A stretch of 64,000 bases of DNA, taken from the IMG/VR virus record IMGVR_UViG_3300025864_000013. One strand, given 5' to 3'. This stretch comes from an uncultured virus (IMG/VR IMGVR_UViG_3300025864_000013) (Duplodnaviria; Heunggongvirae; Uroviricota; Caudoviricetes). Positions 48,361 through 58,002 of the stretch are shown here, in pieces (within the stretch, counting starts at the first letter, position 1; each line of letters starts with the position of its first letter). The position numbers and the translations under genes were made by a program. The notes beneath the pieces were generated by a model, which worked only from the letters and a program-made list of their open reading frames with translations, was not told where the DNA came from and did not search any database.

Positions 48361-48386
48361 TAATTGAGAATATATTTTTATCAAAG

Positions 48387-48417
48387 AAAAAAGCAACCTA
48401 CTATCTTCGGTTGCTTT
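48387..48417 (-). terminator. terminator closing the tmRNA-like RNA
   Basis: aaagcaacc-gaagatagta-ggttgcttt-ttt. Confidence 0.75.
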
Positions 48418-48533
48418 AGTCGCTCTAAGCTGCTGCCTGAAGCTGTGTTCTTTCGAACATGTTTATTGTTTTGCCATTTAGGACTTTAGTTCTCCATTAC
48501 TGCCATACATCTTGTCAAAACCAAGTCATCCCC
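48387..48533 (-). ncRNA. ssrA: tmRNA-like coding (5') half with tag GKTINMFERTQLQAAA
   Basis: 5' GGGGATGACTTGGTTTTGAC; resume context TAAAT-GGC; tag ends QAAA-stop; no T-arm or CCA half. Confidence 0.75.
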
Positions 48534-48647
48534 GAATAAGCACTCAATAAAGAACCTGTTATATTACCGCTATGCAAATAAAAAAACCACTATGTAGCGA
48601 TAGAGGTTTTAATGTCAGTTAAGTTTGAAAACAGAACTGTATATCTG

Positions 48648-48729
48648 CGGGGCAATCTATCCATTCCGGAAAGCCTTAATAAATACTGTTTGGCCTAACA
48701 TCATTTATAAAAACCTTGTCAATTGCCCC
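48648..48729 (-). ncRNA. long irregular hairpin, possible small RNA
   Basis: GGGGCAAT...ATTGCCCC closing stem around a long inner stem; upstream TAAATTTG promoter at 48834-48827. Confidence 0.4.
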
Positions 48730-48840
48730 TTCTCTGGGTGGTTTCTTTGCTGCTGCCGCTTACATGGCGTTTAAGTTTTAATGACTTTTAGTCAGATACA
48801 AAATTTTGCAATCTGAAATTGATATGCAAATTTATTTAAT

Positions 48841-48872
48841 AAAAAAGCCCTGTAAATTAATACAGGGCTTTT
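48841..48872. terminator. bidirectional intrinsic terminator
   Basis: aaaaaagccctgta-aattaa-tacagggctttt. Confidence 0.85.
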
Positions 48873-48897
48873 CCTATGAATGAAGAATCTTTTGTAT

Positions 48898-49308
48898 TTA
48901 AGAATGTCTGGACGTGGCCCCGCCCTGGGAGATTATTTCTCCAATGTCAAGCCGGAAGCCCCCATTTATATTCAGATTTACTCCTTTATCGGATAGCTCA
49001 TTATTTGTGTTAATTGATCTTTGCCAAGTATGACTATAATTATCAATACGACACATCAGAATGTTTTGACTTTTAAAATTAGTTAAGAGTACATCATTAG
49101 TCAGACCCTTATAAGGTACACTGACCCCTCTGACAATCTGATAATCGGTAACAGCCGGAGAAACGGCAATCATTTGGTTTGTGTTCTGATCTATGGTTAA
49201 CGAGTAACCTACATCTTTTACAACATCTTTTTTGTCGGGTGACTTAAAAGAGGTTGCCATAAATGAGACCAGTAGGAAAGCGAGCAATGTCGCAAAAAAC
49301 TTTTTCAT
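48898..49308 (-). CDS. exported protein (moron-like)
   Basis: MKKFFATLLAFLLVSFMATSF signal peptide; followed by its own terminator. Confidence 0.65.
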   Translation of the reverse strand: MKKFFATLLAFLLVSFMATSFKSPDKKDVVKDVGYSLTIDQNTNQMIAVSPAVTDYQIVRGVSVPYKGLTNDVLLTNFKSQNILMCRIDNYSHTWQRSINTNNELSDKGVNLNINGGFRLDIGEIISQGGATSRHS

Positions 49309-49398
49309 ACTTTTCTTTTTTTTGGTTAATACTAATTGCAATTAGTCGATAATTAGACTGTAAATATAAAACAGATAATTTACTCCACCAAATTTATT

Positions 49399-49764
49399 TT
49401 AACTCAATACCAATCCCGGCTCTTCCTGTTCGAAATAAAATAACAGATCCATCTCACTTAATGGCTCCAAGTCTGTTTCAAAGTATGTCTGACCGTCGAG
49501 TAGTATGGGCGGGTTTAGTGGCACGTCGAGTATCAGTGCTGTAAAGTCTTTAGCATTGGCAAAGTTACGGAGTGAAATATCCCTGTTCGACTGTGAACCA
49601 AATGAGGTTACGTTTCTGATCTTAATAGAATTGTTTATCTGGCTCGCATCAGTCATTATAACCTTCATCGAGTAAGCGAGTATCGGGTTGCTTAAAAATT
49701 CCCTTGCACTCTGCTTATAAGCATCGTCGCCTACGTTGTCTAATATGATTACTGTGCCGTCCAT
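49399..49764 (-). CDS. capsid-protein paralog (C-terminal part of fold)
   Basis: YKQSAREFLSNPI...QINNSIKI....FGS...LRNF.N aligns to 43369..44043. Confidence 0.6.
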   Translation of the reverse strand: MDGTVIILDNVGDDAYKQSAREFLSNPILAYSMKVIMTDASQINNSIKIRNVTSFGSQSNRDISLRNFANAKDFTALILDVPLNPPILLDGQTYFETDLEPLSEMDLLFYFEQEEPGLVLS

Positions 49765-49773
49765 AGTATTTTC

Positions 49774-50898
49774 TTAAATGTCTCTCATACAACGAACTGT
49801 AAATCCATAGTTTTTAGTGGAATGATAACCCCAACCTATATTAATACCTAAATGAATAACATCCATGATTATTGCCTCCGTAGAACTGTTTTCATTTGAA
49901 CATACTAACTCACCATATTCATTTATTTGTACAAAAGTTCCCTCACCTAAACGACTACCTGCTCCTATCAAATTAAATCCAACTTCATTGGTCGCTCCTG
50001 TATTTGGATCATTCCAATGACTTAATCCAACTTCTTTTAATTTACCTCCCGCAATAGCATTTCCTCCGAGTGCCAAAATTAATGTATTAAAGTCTGTCTC
50101 ACTTGGTACTCTCCATCCTGTAGGTGCAAGACCATGTGCATTATCTACTGCATACCAGTTATATAATGCACCATAGGGTGTTTTATTTGCTATGTCGTTA
50201 TTATACCAACAGGATGCACCATCATGTCCACCACTACCATTTTCTGCATTCCAATCAGCATCAAGTGTAAGATTAGGTATTGGCGTTCCATCAGCATACT
50301 TAGTAGTCTTTAGATTCTCTACAAGCCATTGCTGTGTGCCTATTGTAACCCAATGATAAATATTGCCATCCGTATCTGTCACAAAATCTATTACAGGAGT
50401 TGGTGCTGGAACAGGATCAAAAGGAACCGAATCTTGTGTAGTATCAAGTATCTGAACGGTTTCTTTTACCGCCGTGCTATTGATAAGCCGGAATGTGATA
50501 GTCTTTTTATTAATATTTTGAATAGCCTCTGCTTGTTTCGTGTCGGAATACTCTTGTGCCTGCTGCTCTGCATAGTCACTGCCGTAACCATTTGGACTAT
50601 CTGCATACACACTGCCATCGCCACGGAAACAGGTTCCTTTTGGAATATTAAGCGTTCCGCCTCTCTGAATATCAAATGGGGCTAATGGCTTATAAATAAA
50701 CTCCTCACATGGCACGGGGTTACATTTAAAAGGATCAACATTGCAATTATCAACTTCTGGATCTATTGTAGGTTTTGTAACTGGCGGTGATATCGTAGAC
50801 AGTTTGCGCTTGTTATAGCCCGTCCACAGCCAATAGATAAGCACAATAACCGCAATTACTTCTAACGTATAATTCTTCTTTTTACCCTCTGCCGCCAT
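49774..50898 (-). CDS. TM-anchored protein with FISUMP (Fib_succ_major) domain
   Basis: DGNIY..VTIG.Q.W..ENL, YGALYNWYA, P.GWRVPS, GFTVRC. Confidence 0.85.
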   Translation of the reverse strand: MAAEGKKKNYTLEVIAVIVLIYWLWTGYNKRKLSTISPPVTKPTIDPEVDNCNVDPFKCNPVPCEEFIYKPLAPFDIQRGGTLNIPKGTCFRGDGSVYADSPNGYGSDYAEQQAQEYSDTKQAEAIQNINKKTITFRLINSTAVKETVQILDTTQDSVPFDPVPAPTPVIDFVTDTDGNIYHWVTIGTQQWLVENLKTTKYADGTPIPNLTLDADWNAENGSGGHDGASCWYNNDIANKTPYGALYNWYAVDNAHGLAPTGWRVPSETDFNTLILALGGNAIAGGKLKEVGLSHWNDPNTGATNEVGFNLIGAGSRLGEGTFVQINEYGELVCSNENSSTEAIIMDVIHLGINIGWGYHSTKNYGFTVRCMRDI

Positions 50899-50907
50899 AC
50901 TTTCCGA

Positions 50908-52242
50908 CTAATCAACAATTTCTTTTAATAGCTTTTCAATCTTCTTTAATTGTTCGATCTTACCGTCATCAGCAAGATTGGAGATTCTGTTCATGAATTT
51001 TGAGAATAATCCCTGAATACTTTCCAGTATCTCAATAGTTGCCTTATTCTCTTTTTCCTTTTCCTCGCTACCTTTGAGATCCTTCATAATAGGGGTGAAC
51101 GTATCTTCAACTCGCTCTTTTATGATAGCTTTCTCTGGCCGTGGAGCAGAGCGTTTTATCTTCTTCCCATTGGCTGCATGTTCCCTAACTGAATAACCAG
51201 CTTCTTTGAGCGTTTCACGGCACTCGTCAACCATATTCCCTTTCTCACGCTTTGTGACAGGATTGGTTGTGTACATTCCTTCTATGCAAGTGGACTGCTT
51301 TTTCCCATCTGCGTTTTCCAGCATACAGGAATCAAGTTTTGCATTATACTCTAAACACTTCCACGCCTCGCCTTTATCGTCGTAAAAGGTCTTCCCTGCA
51401 TTTTTTGGGCTTTTGCGGTCAACTTCTACCCCGTCCCGTGTTACTTTAATATCTTTACGGGCTGCTTTTTTAATGGCAGTCCTTTTTGAATAATCATAGC
51501 CCGTACCAATAATAGTGCCAATAACCTCACGTTTCGCAACCCATTTTTCAGCCTGACCTTTTGATAGTCCAAAGTCTTTCATTAATGATTCGGTCAATGC
51601 AGTATCGCTTTCCTTGTGTAGTTTATTTGCGTAGTTAGCCTCCCATATTGCAGCCTCAATTTGCTCAATAGTTTTTGCAGAGAGTTTTTTACGAAGTGAT
51701 GCGGGAACTTCGGGCTTATTTTTAAAATTATTTTCCTGATAATCTTTTATGTAGTTATGGAAATCAGTATAATAATGATAACCTTCTTCGCTTGTAGTGT
51801 CGGCACTTTTGTAATAATCCATAAGATATTCATACAAATCTTTCTTTTGCTCATTTGTAAGATATTCGTCTCTTTCGATTAGTCCTTTAAGACTTTCAAA
51901 TCTATCGTGTTTTTTAAGAGACGATTTGCTGAGATCGTCAAAAACCTCTGCAATTATTTCAGGCGTACTTCCAATCGGCTTGGACTTCGGCCCTTTCGCC
52001 TTTACCACCTTCACCCTTGCAGACTTCTCTTTTGTCACAGTACCGCCTTTCCTGATCGCCTCTGGGTGCTTTGCTTCGACAATACCATATAGCGCATTGA
52101 AAGGCTTTTCCCAGATGTCAAGTACATCTTCATCGGAAAAATTATCTGTCTTAGCTTTGATTGAGTTAAACCTTTCATTAAAAACTTCAGGCAGCTTACT
52201 TGTGTCAAGCCTTGCATACCTTTCTTTCATTGTGAGTGCCAT
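50908..52242 (-). CDS. large Lys-rich hypothetical protein
   Basis: ORF track. Confidence 0.65.
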   Translation of the reverse strand: MALTMKERYARLDTSKLPEVFNERFNSIKAKTDNFSDEDVLDIWEKPFNALYGIVEAKHPEAIRKGGTVTKEKSARVKVVKAKGPKSKPIGSTPEIIAEVFDDLSKSSLKKHDRFESLKGLIERDEYLTNEQKKDLYEYLMDYYKSADTTSEEGYHYYTDFHNYIKDYQENNFKNKPEVPASLRKKLSAKTIEQIEAAIWEANYANKLHKESDTALTESLMKDFGLSKGQAEKWVAKREVIGTIIGTGYDYSKRTAIKKAARKDIKVTRDGVEVDRKSPKNAGKTFYDDKGEAWKCLEYNAKLDSCMLENADGKKQSTCIEGMYTTNPVTKREKGNMVDECRETLKEAGYSVREHAANGKKIKRSAPRPEKAIIKERVEDTFTPIMKDLKGSEEKEKENKATIEILESIQGLFSKFMNRISNLADDGKIEQLKKIEKLLKEIVD

Positions 52243-52243
52243 A

Positions 52244-55200
52244 TTATGATAAATTTAAGATTTCAATTAATTCAATTTCTGCCTGTGCTTCCGCTTCTGC
52301 TCTTTTACGCTTGGTATCTTTTTGAGTCGGTTCGTGGTCAAAATAACCACGTCCTGTTAATAGGTCAACCCCTCCATGTTCAATAACAGTCTGTGTCATT
52401 CCGTCAACCATCATAAACCCGTCGGCCTTATATCTTAATTCGTCAAACGCCTTCGAGCCTCTCTCGTTAGCTTCGTCAACAACTGACATCGGTACATACC
52501 TGCCAAACTTTCCGTCCTTGCTTCCATTTACATATCTTTCGAGTGTGCGTTTGCGGGAAACATCCCAAGGGACTTTCACATAGATCATAAATATCTCATA
52601 GCCCAAATGTTTCAATGATGCAATTAACGGGAGATAGTTATCTGCTTTATTCATTGTCCCATCCCAAAGAATATCAAACCGGCATGGCTTACCTTCAGAA
52701 ATATCATTAAGAAGGCCCATATAAATATCGCGGGTTTCTTTGTGAGTAGCTTTCGAGTTCCATCCATGGTATTCCGGCAACATGGATCTTATCTCATCCG
52801 CATCAATCTTAAAGATTTTCTCTTTCAATAAGTTCGGTGCATATTTTTTTAGGAATGTTGTTTTACCGGAGCCTGGCACGCCTCCCATTAATATTGCCAG
52901 TGGCTTATCATTTGGAACAACACAAGCCATGCCTGCACGTAGTTTACCTTTGATGACCTTATGAAGTTTTTCTCTGGCCTCGGTATATTCGCCTTCCGGT
53001 GTCAGATTCATATCCTTTGTCTGTGGAACCCTTTCAAGGCAACTTTCAAGACTCTTAATTCCTTCCGGTGAAACATCAGGTTTGCCTTCACTTGTTATCG
53101 GAGGACAACCCGCAATCTTAACCTGTCTGAAATCTTCTGAATGAGAAATGTTACTCTTAATGCCTAATAAGTAGTTGAGTTTCTGGAACTCATCAACACG
53201 CTCTTCTACGGATGCAATCTTAATTTTCTTACTTTTGCGCTCCCTGTCAATCTCTGCTGCCCTTTCGTCAAGATAGTCCGCGCTCTTCAACCGATTCATA
53301 TCTTCCTGCATCCTGCGCTTTTGCTCGGTCTGCTCATCAATGAATACCTGCACGGCCTCTTTGTAGTCTGCAATATGATACCTGTCAAGAAATGATTTGC
53401 GAGCCTTTTTAAGCATTATGACTGCGCTCTTCATATTGCCGTATGAATACGACCTATTTAGCGAGAAGTCGTAATTGATAAACTCATACTCGTAGCGGTT
53501 TTGAGCCTTTGATCTTAATATAGATTGAAACTCTCTTTCTTTTTCCTTACTCCCTTCTTGCTCTTTAAGCAGTCCCTCAAACTCTTTTGCCATTACATCA
53601 ATACTGGAATACTCTTTGCCCGGCTGAAGGATTGAAAGAATCTTCATTAACTCTTTTTCAAACTTGGTTCGCTTATCAAAGAAACTAATCACGTTCAATG
53701 CGGTATTGACAAGATTTTCGACATTAGCAATCTCTTCACCGATCTTTGTCTCTTCTCCTTCTACTTCCAGTTCAGCGATAACCCGTGGATTAGTGACGAG
53801 CCTTAATTTTTGTTCGCGCGGATCAAGCTCTTCAACTTTCAGTACGTTACTTACCCCGTCATGGTTCCAGATGCTATTTATACGCTCTGTCTTCTGTTCG
53901 AGCTTCTCAAACATGAATATATCCATTGAGTCACTCATCATTGGAAGTACAATACGGACATTGCTAAAAGTATTCCCCTGTCGCCATATACGGCCTTCTA
54001 ACTGAATCTCATCAGTCGGGTTCCAATCAACAAAGGCATTATATAAAACTGTTGAATATCTGTTCAGGTTCAGTCCTTCACGTATTGAAGATGTTCCGAT
54101 AATGACTTTTATCCTTTGCTCCTCAGACAGGTCGTCGAATAGCTTTGTAGCCTCATTAAAGGCCATGCCGTTAAAACCATTTTTTACAAAGTCCTTATGT
54201 TTTGCCGTTCCTTCTTTGCCTGACCGGATAATGCCTATCTCGTGCGCCTTGTAACCAACTACATTGACCAGATAATCTTTGAGTAACTCAAAATACTTTT
54301 TACCACGATCCATATAGATAACCTGCCCGGAAACAATGGTTTTATTATCTTCATGCCATTTTTTCACCGAAGCCACACAACCCATGATGTATTTCAGCTT
54401 TGGAGACTTCTCAACATAATTTTTATAGTCCGGTGCGCCTAATCCTGAAAACTCGTAAAGATATGGTGACAATGCGAGCGACCGGGCAAAGTTAACACCC
54501 CTGAGAGTCTTAACCCCTGCTTTTTCATTGTCGTCCAAAGAACCCTCGTCAAGTAATGTTTCTTCGCTCTCTTCTCCTTCTTCGTCATCATTATCATCAA
54601 GACGGCTCATTCCTCTTTTTGCAAGGTCGCTGTAAGAAATAGTACCCTCCACATAAGAAATAATCTCTTCCATCATTGATTTCTGTTCACTGGTCAAAGG
54701 AAGCACGGTATCAATCAGTTCATCTTCTGTTGCCGGAAGAAACTCATTCTTTGTATTAAACCTACCTTTATATGGAAGCACCCATTTGTCAGGACGTACA
54801 AGCGCAATGATATTGCCGTTTGCATCTGCTTTACCTGCCTCTTTATGAAGCATGTACTTATAGACAAGTTTCTGAAGCGACTGCAGGTTGTCAAATGCTT
54901 TAAATATCTGTTTTCTGATTGGCTGCAACTTGCTATTGATAACAAGTTCATAGCTCATCTGACAGTAGTTATCAAAAAAATCGTTTATGTTCGATAATCC
55001 TATTGAATCCAGATAAGGATAAGCCACAAGTGAAAGCATTGAATAAACCTCCAAAGGACTGTTTGTAAACGGTGTTGCTGTAAGAAGCATCACGTTACGG
55101 CCCTGATTCAATCCCTGAATATAAGAACAGAGCATGTATGCCTTAATACCACGTGTTGAAGTGCTGCCTGAAATTTCATACATCTTCTTACCACGCTTTT

Positions 55201-57130
55201 CTTCTTCATCGCCTCCCTTACCTGGTTTTGCTTTTACCTGAGAAAATATATTCTTTAATGCGTGCGCTTCATCAAATCCTGCAAAGTCAAATCCTAAGTC
55301 TTCAATATTAGTACTTGTTCTCTGTAATGCCTTTCCGATAAGCCCTTCGAGTTTTTCACCCTGTCTTACGCCTGCCTTTTGTCCTTTCTTGGTCGATAAG
55401 TCCTGAATCTGCGATAATGCCTTGTCGAGCCTGCTGAGTAATATGCTTGCAGTATCTTCTTTAAACCCGATCCTCTCAAATCCTTCGTATGTCAATATTG
55501 AAATACTGCCTTCTTCTACCATCTGAATTTCTCCGTTCTCATCCAGTAGCTTATCGTAGTAATCCTTTGAAAGGTTATAAAGGTCATTCAGTTTTTTATG
55601 TGGCAACAGTCCGTGCATCTCTGCATAAAACTGTTTATATACCTGATTAGGCACAACAAGAAATGGCCTCTTGCATAATCCGGCATCAAGAAATTGAGCA
55701 ACGGTAAAACAAAAACTTGGCGTCTTACCAACGCCAACCTGGTAAGCATTAAGGCTCGACCCTCTTATACTTGCGAAAGCAATCGCCTCACGTTTTTCCG
55801 GCTCAATAACCATAGTCTCATTACCCCAATAACTCAAAGCAACTTCAAATGCTACCGGGATCTTTTCAGTGCGGAGTCCACGGTTTGAGTTAAACCTTTC
55901 GTTCCACGCTGTTTCGATTAACACCCTGTCGTTTTCGAGTATTATCTCAGCAAGGAATTTTGAGAATAGCTTATCACCTGTTTCTTTTGCCAAAGCCCTG
56001 TTACGTGCTATAACGGTCGGGTCAAGATTTTTGACGGCCTTTTTATCTAGGTAATATTTAAAAATATCCTCCCAGAGAAAGTTATATGGAAGATCAGGAC
56101 GGTTAGGGTCATGCTTCAGCCAGTGACGGAAAGCATCAGCAATACTTAGTTTCTCTCTTTTAGTATCTCTCCATTCTGATAACGAAGTCTTTTTGCTATA
56201 CCAGTTTATATTACCGTCACCACCGATAACAACTATGAATGGGGCAGGCTCGCCAGTGTCGTTCTTTAAATTCCAGTTCTTTATCTCAATACTCTTTGAA
56301 AAATCCCCGTAAGGTTTCAGATGCAACCGTTTTTCCGGATCTGGATCATCCAGTTTTAATCTTTTCTGGTAAATCTCATTGAAAGCTTCTTTTAGCTTTA
56401 TTTCGTGAGCATCACAAGCTGGCTGACCATAGATACTAATAATATCCGATTTATCATTTTCAAACTGTGATTTACGGTCATATAGATTCTCTGACAGGTA
56501 GACGAATGCAGGAAGAAGCTCGCCTTTGTAGTAAAAGAGAATACCGGACTTAACCCAGCTCTGTATGTACGCGGACTCCTGTTCTGATGAAAGGAGTGTA
56601 GGATTGAGAATATTGAGCCATTTGCCCCGGTAGGTATTTCCCTGAGAGTGCATATACCACAGGAAAGCCTTTACTTCTTCATCAGTCAATCCCTTGTTAT
56701 AATTACGGTAAATATCCTCAAATGGTATTGTCGGAGCCGCTGATGGCTCGTCAAATTCTGTTATCTCGCGTTTCTTTGATCTTTGTGTCTTGACAATATC
56801 CTGCTCTGACTTTATGAGATTCTCTTCGGTTGTGTCGTCCGGCTGTATAGTCGGTTTTGTTACTTCAGGAGAAAGTATGACAGACTGCCCGGCTGATAAA
56901 TCAGTAATGCCATGTGCAATGAATACAGGAGTCTCAATCTCTTTTAAAGCATCGGAAGGAGTTAATGCGCCTTTCTTTGGACGGTATTTTGTCACCATAC
57001 CCCACTGACCAGATGCCTCGTAAGACTCGGCCAGTATTTTGTCGGGGTTGGCTTTAAAGAATGAACCACCGGATAAAGAAAATTCCTTTTCAATGATCTG
57101 AGGTTCCTGGGTTATTGTTAAGTCTGCCAT
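52244..57130 (-). CDS. DarB-like SNF2 helicase fused to zeta-toxin-like kinase
   Basis: VGVGKT, FDEAH, LTATP, EGLNL, QLEGRIWRQG; C-terminal GGVPGSGKTT, IDADEIR, GRYVP. Confidence 0.85.
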   Translation of the reverse strand: MADLTITQEPQIIEKEFSLSGGSFFKANPDKILAESYEASGQWGMVTKYRPKKGALTPSDALKEIETPVFIAHGITDLSAGQSVILSPEVTKPTIQPDDTTEENLIKSEQDIVKTQRSKKREITEFDEPSAAPTIPFEDIYRNYNKGLTDEEVKAFLWYMHSQGNTYRGKWLNILNPTLLSSEQESAYIQSWVKSGILFYYKGELLPAFVYLSENLYDRKSQFENDKSDIISIYGQPACDAHEIKLKEAFNEIYQKRLKLDDPDPEKRLHLKPYGDFSKSIEIKNWNLKNDTGEPAPFIVVIGGDGNINWYSKKTSLSEWRDTKREKLSIADAFRHWLKHDPNRPDLPYNFLWEDIFKYYLDKKAVKNLDPTVIARNRALAKETGDKLFSKFLAEIILENDRVLIETAWNERFNSNRGLRTEKIPVAFEVALSYWGNETMVIEPEKREAIAFASIRGSSLNAYQVGVGKTPSFCFTVAQFLDAGLCKRPFLVVPNQVYKQFYAEMHGLLPHKKLNDLYNLSKDYYDKLLDENGEIQMVEEGSISILTYEGFERIGFKEDTASILLSRLDKALSQIQDLSTKKGQKAGVRQGEKLEGLIGKALQRTSTNIEDLGFDFAGFDEAHALKNIFSQVKAKPGKGGDEEEKRGKKMYEISGSTSTRGIKAYMLCSYIQGLNQGRNVMLLTATPFTNSPLEVYSMLSLVAYPYLDSIGLSNINDFFDNYCQMSYELVINSKLQPIRKQIFKAFDNLQSLQKLVYKYMLHKEAGKADANGNIIALVRPDKWVLPYKGRFNTKNEFLPATEDELIDTVLPLTSEQKSMMEEIISYVEGTISYSDLAKRGMSRLDDNDDEEGEESEETLLDEGSLDDNEKAGVKTLRGVNFARSLALSPYLYEFSGLGAPDYKNYVEKSPKLKYIMGCVASVKKWHEDNKTIVSGQVIYMDRGKKYFELLKDYLVNVVGYKAHEIGIIRSGKEGTAKHKDFVKNGFNGMAFNEATKLFDDLSEEQRIKVIIGTSSIREGLNLNRYSTVLYNAFVDWNPTDEIQLEGRIWRQGNTFSNVRIVLPMMSDSMDIFMFEKLEQKTERINSIWNHDGVSNVLKVEELDPREQKLRLVTNPRVIAELEVEGEETKIGEEIANVENLVNTALNVISFFDKRTKFEKELMKILSILQPGKEYSSIDVMAKEFEGLLKEQEGSKEKEREFQSILRSKAQNRYEYEFINYDFSLNRSYSYGNMKSAVIMLKKARKSFLDRYHIADYKEAVQVFIDEQTEQKRRMQEDMNRLKSADYLDERAAEIDRERKSKKIKIASVEERVDEFQKLNYLLGIKSNISHSEDFRQVKIAGCPPITSEGKPDVSPEGIKSLESCLERVPQTKDMNLTPEGEYTEAREKLHKVIKGKLRAGMACVVPNDKPLAILMGGVPGSGKTTFLKKYAPNLLKEKIFKIDADEIRSMLPEYHGWNSKATHKETRDIYMGLLNDISEGKPCRFDILWDGTMNKADNYLPLIASLKHLGYEIFMIYVKVPWDVSRKRTLERYVNGSKDGKFGRYVPMSVVDEANERGSKAFDELRYKADGFMMVDGMTQTVIEHGGVDLLTGRGYFDHEPTQKDTKRKRAEAEAQAEIELIEILNLS

Positions 57131-57141
57131 TATAGTGTGTT

Positions 57142-57471
57142 TTATTCAATGTCTGGTATTTCTACTGTCTGACCTGCAAGCGCATGAGTGCTGTCTCCAC
57201 AGAACATAATTTTACCGTCGGTAATTACAGAATGACAAATGCCTTCCTTTCCCGCATAAGAAGAAGTTATTTTCAATGAAGGCTTGAATGTTGGTTTGTC
57301 CATATCTCCGTTAAATTCCCATAATGGGCCGGAAATAGGATTGCCATTACTATCATGATCTTTAATCCATGGAATTGTCCATGCTCCGTGATCACAATTA
57401 CACCCCGGACAAGTAAAATAAAGATTCGCTAATCCTGGCTTCCAATCTGTTATTTTATACAGTTTTGCCAT
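57142..57471 (-). CDS. DUF6527-like zinc-binding protein
   Basis: CPGC..DH...WEFNGD..KPTF.PS...CHS.ITDG.I.FC.D.TH. Confidence 0.75.
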   Translation of the reverse strand: MAKLYKITDWKPGLANLYFTCPGCNCDHGAWTIPWIKDHDSNGNPISGPLWEFNGDMDKPTFKPSLKITSSYAGKEGICHSVITDGKIMFCGDSTHALAGQTVEIPDIE

Positions 57472-57698
57472 TAATCTTCCATTCTGTTCGGGTTAAACAT
57501 TCTCTCGATCTTTCCGAGTGCCTGACTAACGGTTGATACGGAGGTAGTACAAATATGTATTACCTTATCCTCAACGTCTTTTTTGCCTCCCGGTGTTGAA
57601 CTCATATTGCATACATACGGCCAGTCCTCACGGGAACACTGATCAAGCTGGATTGCAATAAGTTCCTTTAGTCTGATAATCTGAGATTCGCTTGCCAT
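57471..57698 (-). CDS. hypothetical protein
   Basis: ORF track. Confidence 0.55.
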   Translation of the reverse strand: MASESQIIRLKELIAIQLDQCSREDWPYVCNMSSTPGGKKDVEDKVIHICTTSVSTVSQALGKIERMFNPNRMED

Positions 57699-57709
57699 TG
57701 TTTCAATTA

Positions 57710-57826
57710 TTAATTGTCGTAAGCCTTTTTAGTGCCTTTTGCGATTCCGATTGCTACTAAAATAGCAAATGTAGCGAATAATACAAAGGGAATCCACCCT
57801 GTTTGATCTTTAATTGTTGCGCTCAT
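57710..57826 (-). CDS. small membrane protein (not in track)
   Basis: MSATIKDQTGWIPFVLFATFAILVAIGIAKG... Confidence 0.55.
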   Translation of the reverse strand: MSATIKDQTGWIPFVLFATFAILVAIGIAKGTKKAYDN

Positions 57827-57830
57827 AACT

Positions 57831-57995
57831 TTAAATTTTTGCTGCTGGTTTAATATAAATTACATCTTCTTTCATTTGAACTACTCCGGGGTGTGTGCCT
57901 TTCCAGATACTATGCGCCACGAAAGCTCCTATTATGGCGAATAATCCTATCATCAGCCATAATGTTTTGTCTTTGGGAATTTTTGTCTGTTCCAT
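57831..57995 (-). CDS. small membrane protein (not in track)
   Basis: MEQTKIPKDKTLWLMIGLFAIIGAFVAHSIW... Confidence 0.55.
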   Translation of the reverse strand: MEQTKIPKDKTLWLMIGLFAIIGAFVAHSIWKGTHPGVVQMKEDVIYIKPAAKI

Positions 57996-58002
57996 GTTAT
58001 AA

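Noticed and set aside
49381..49390. CTCCACCA as the missing tmRNA/tRNA 3' end
   Set aside because: It is on the opposite strand, has no T-arm before it, and is not fully complementary to GGGGATG.
49774..49960. Diversity-generating retroelement targeting the FISUMP C-terminus
   Set aside because: FISUMP domains can be DGR targets, but I saw no reverse transcriptase or template repeat in this window.
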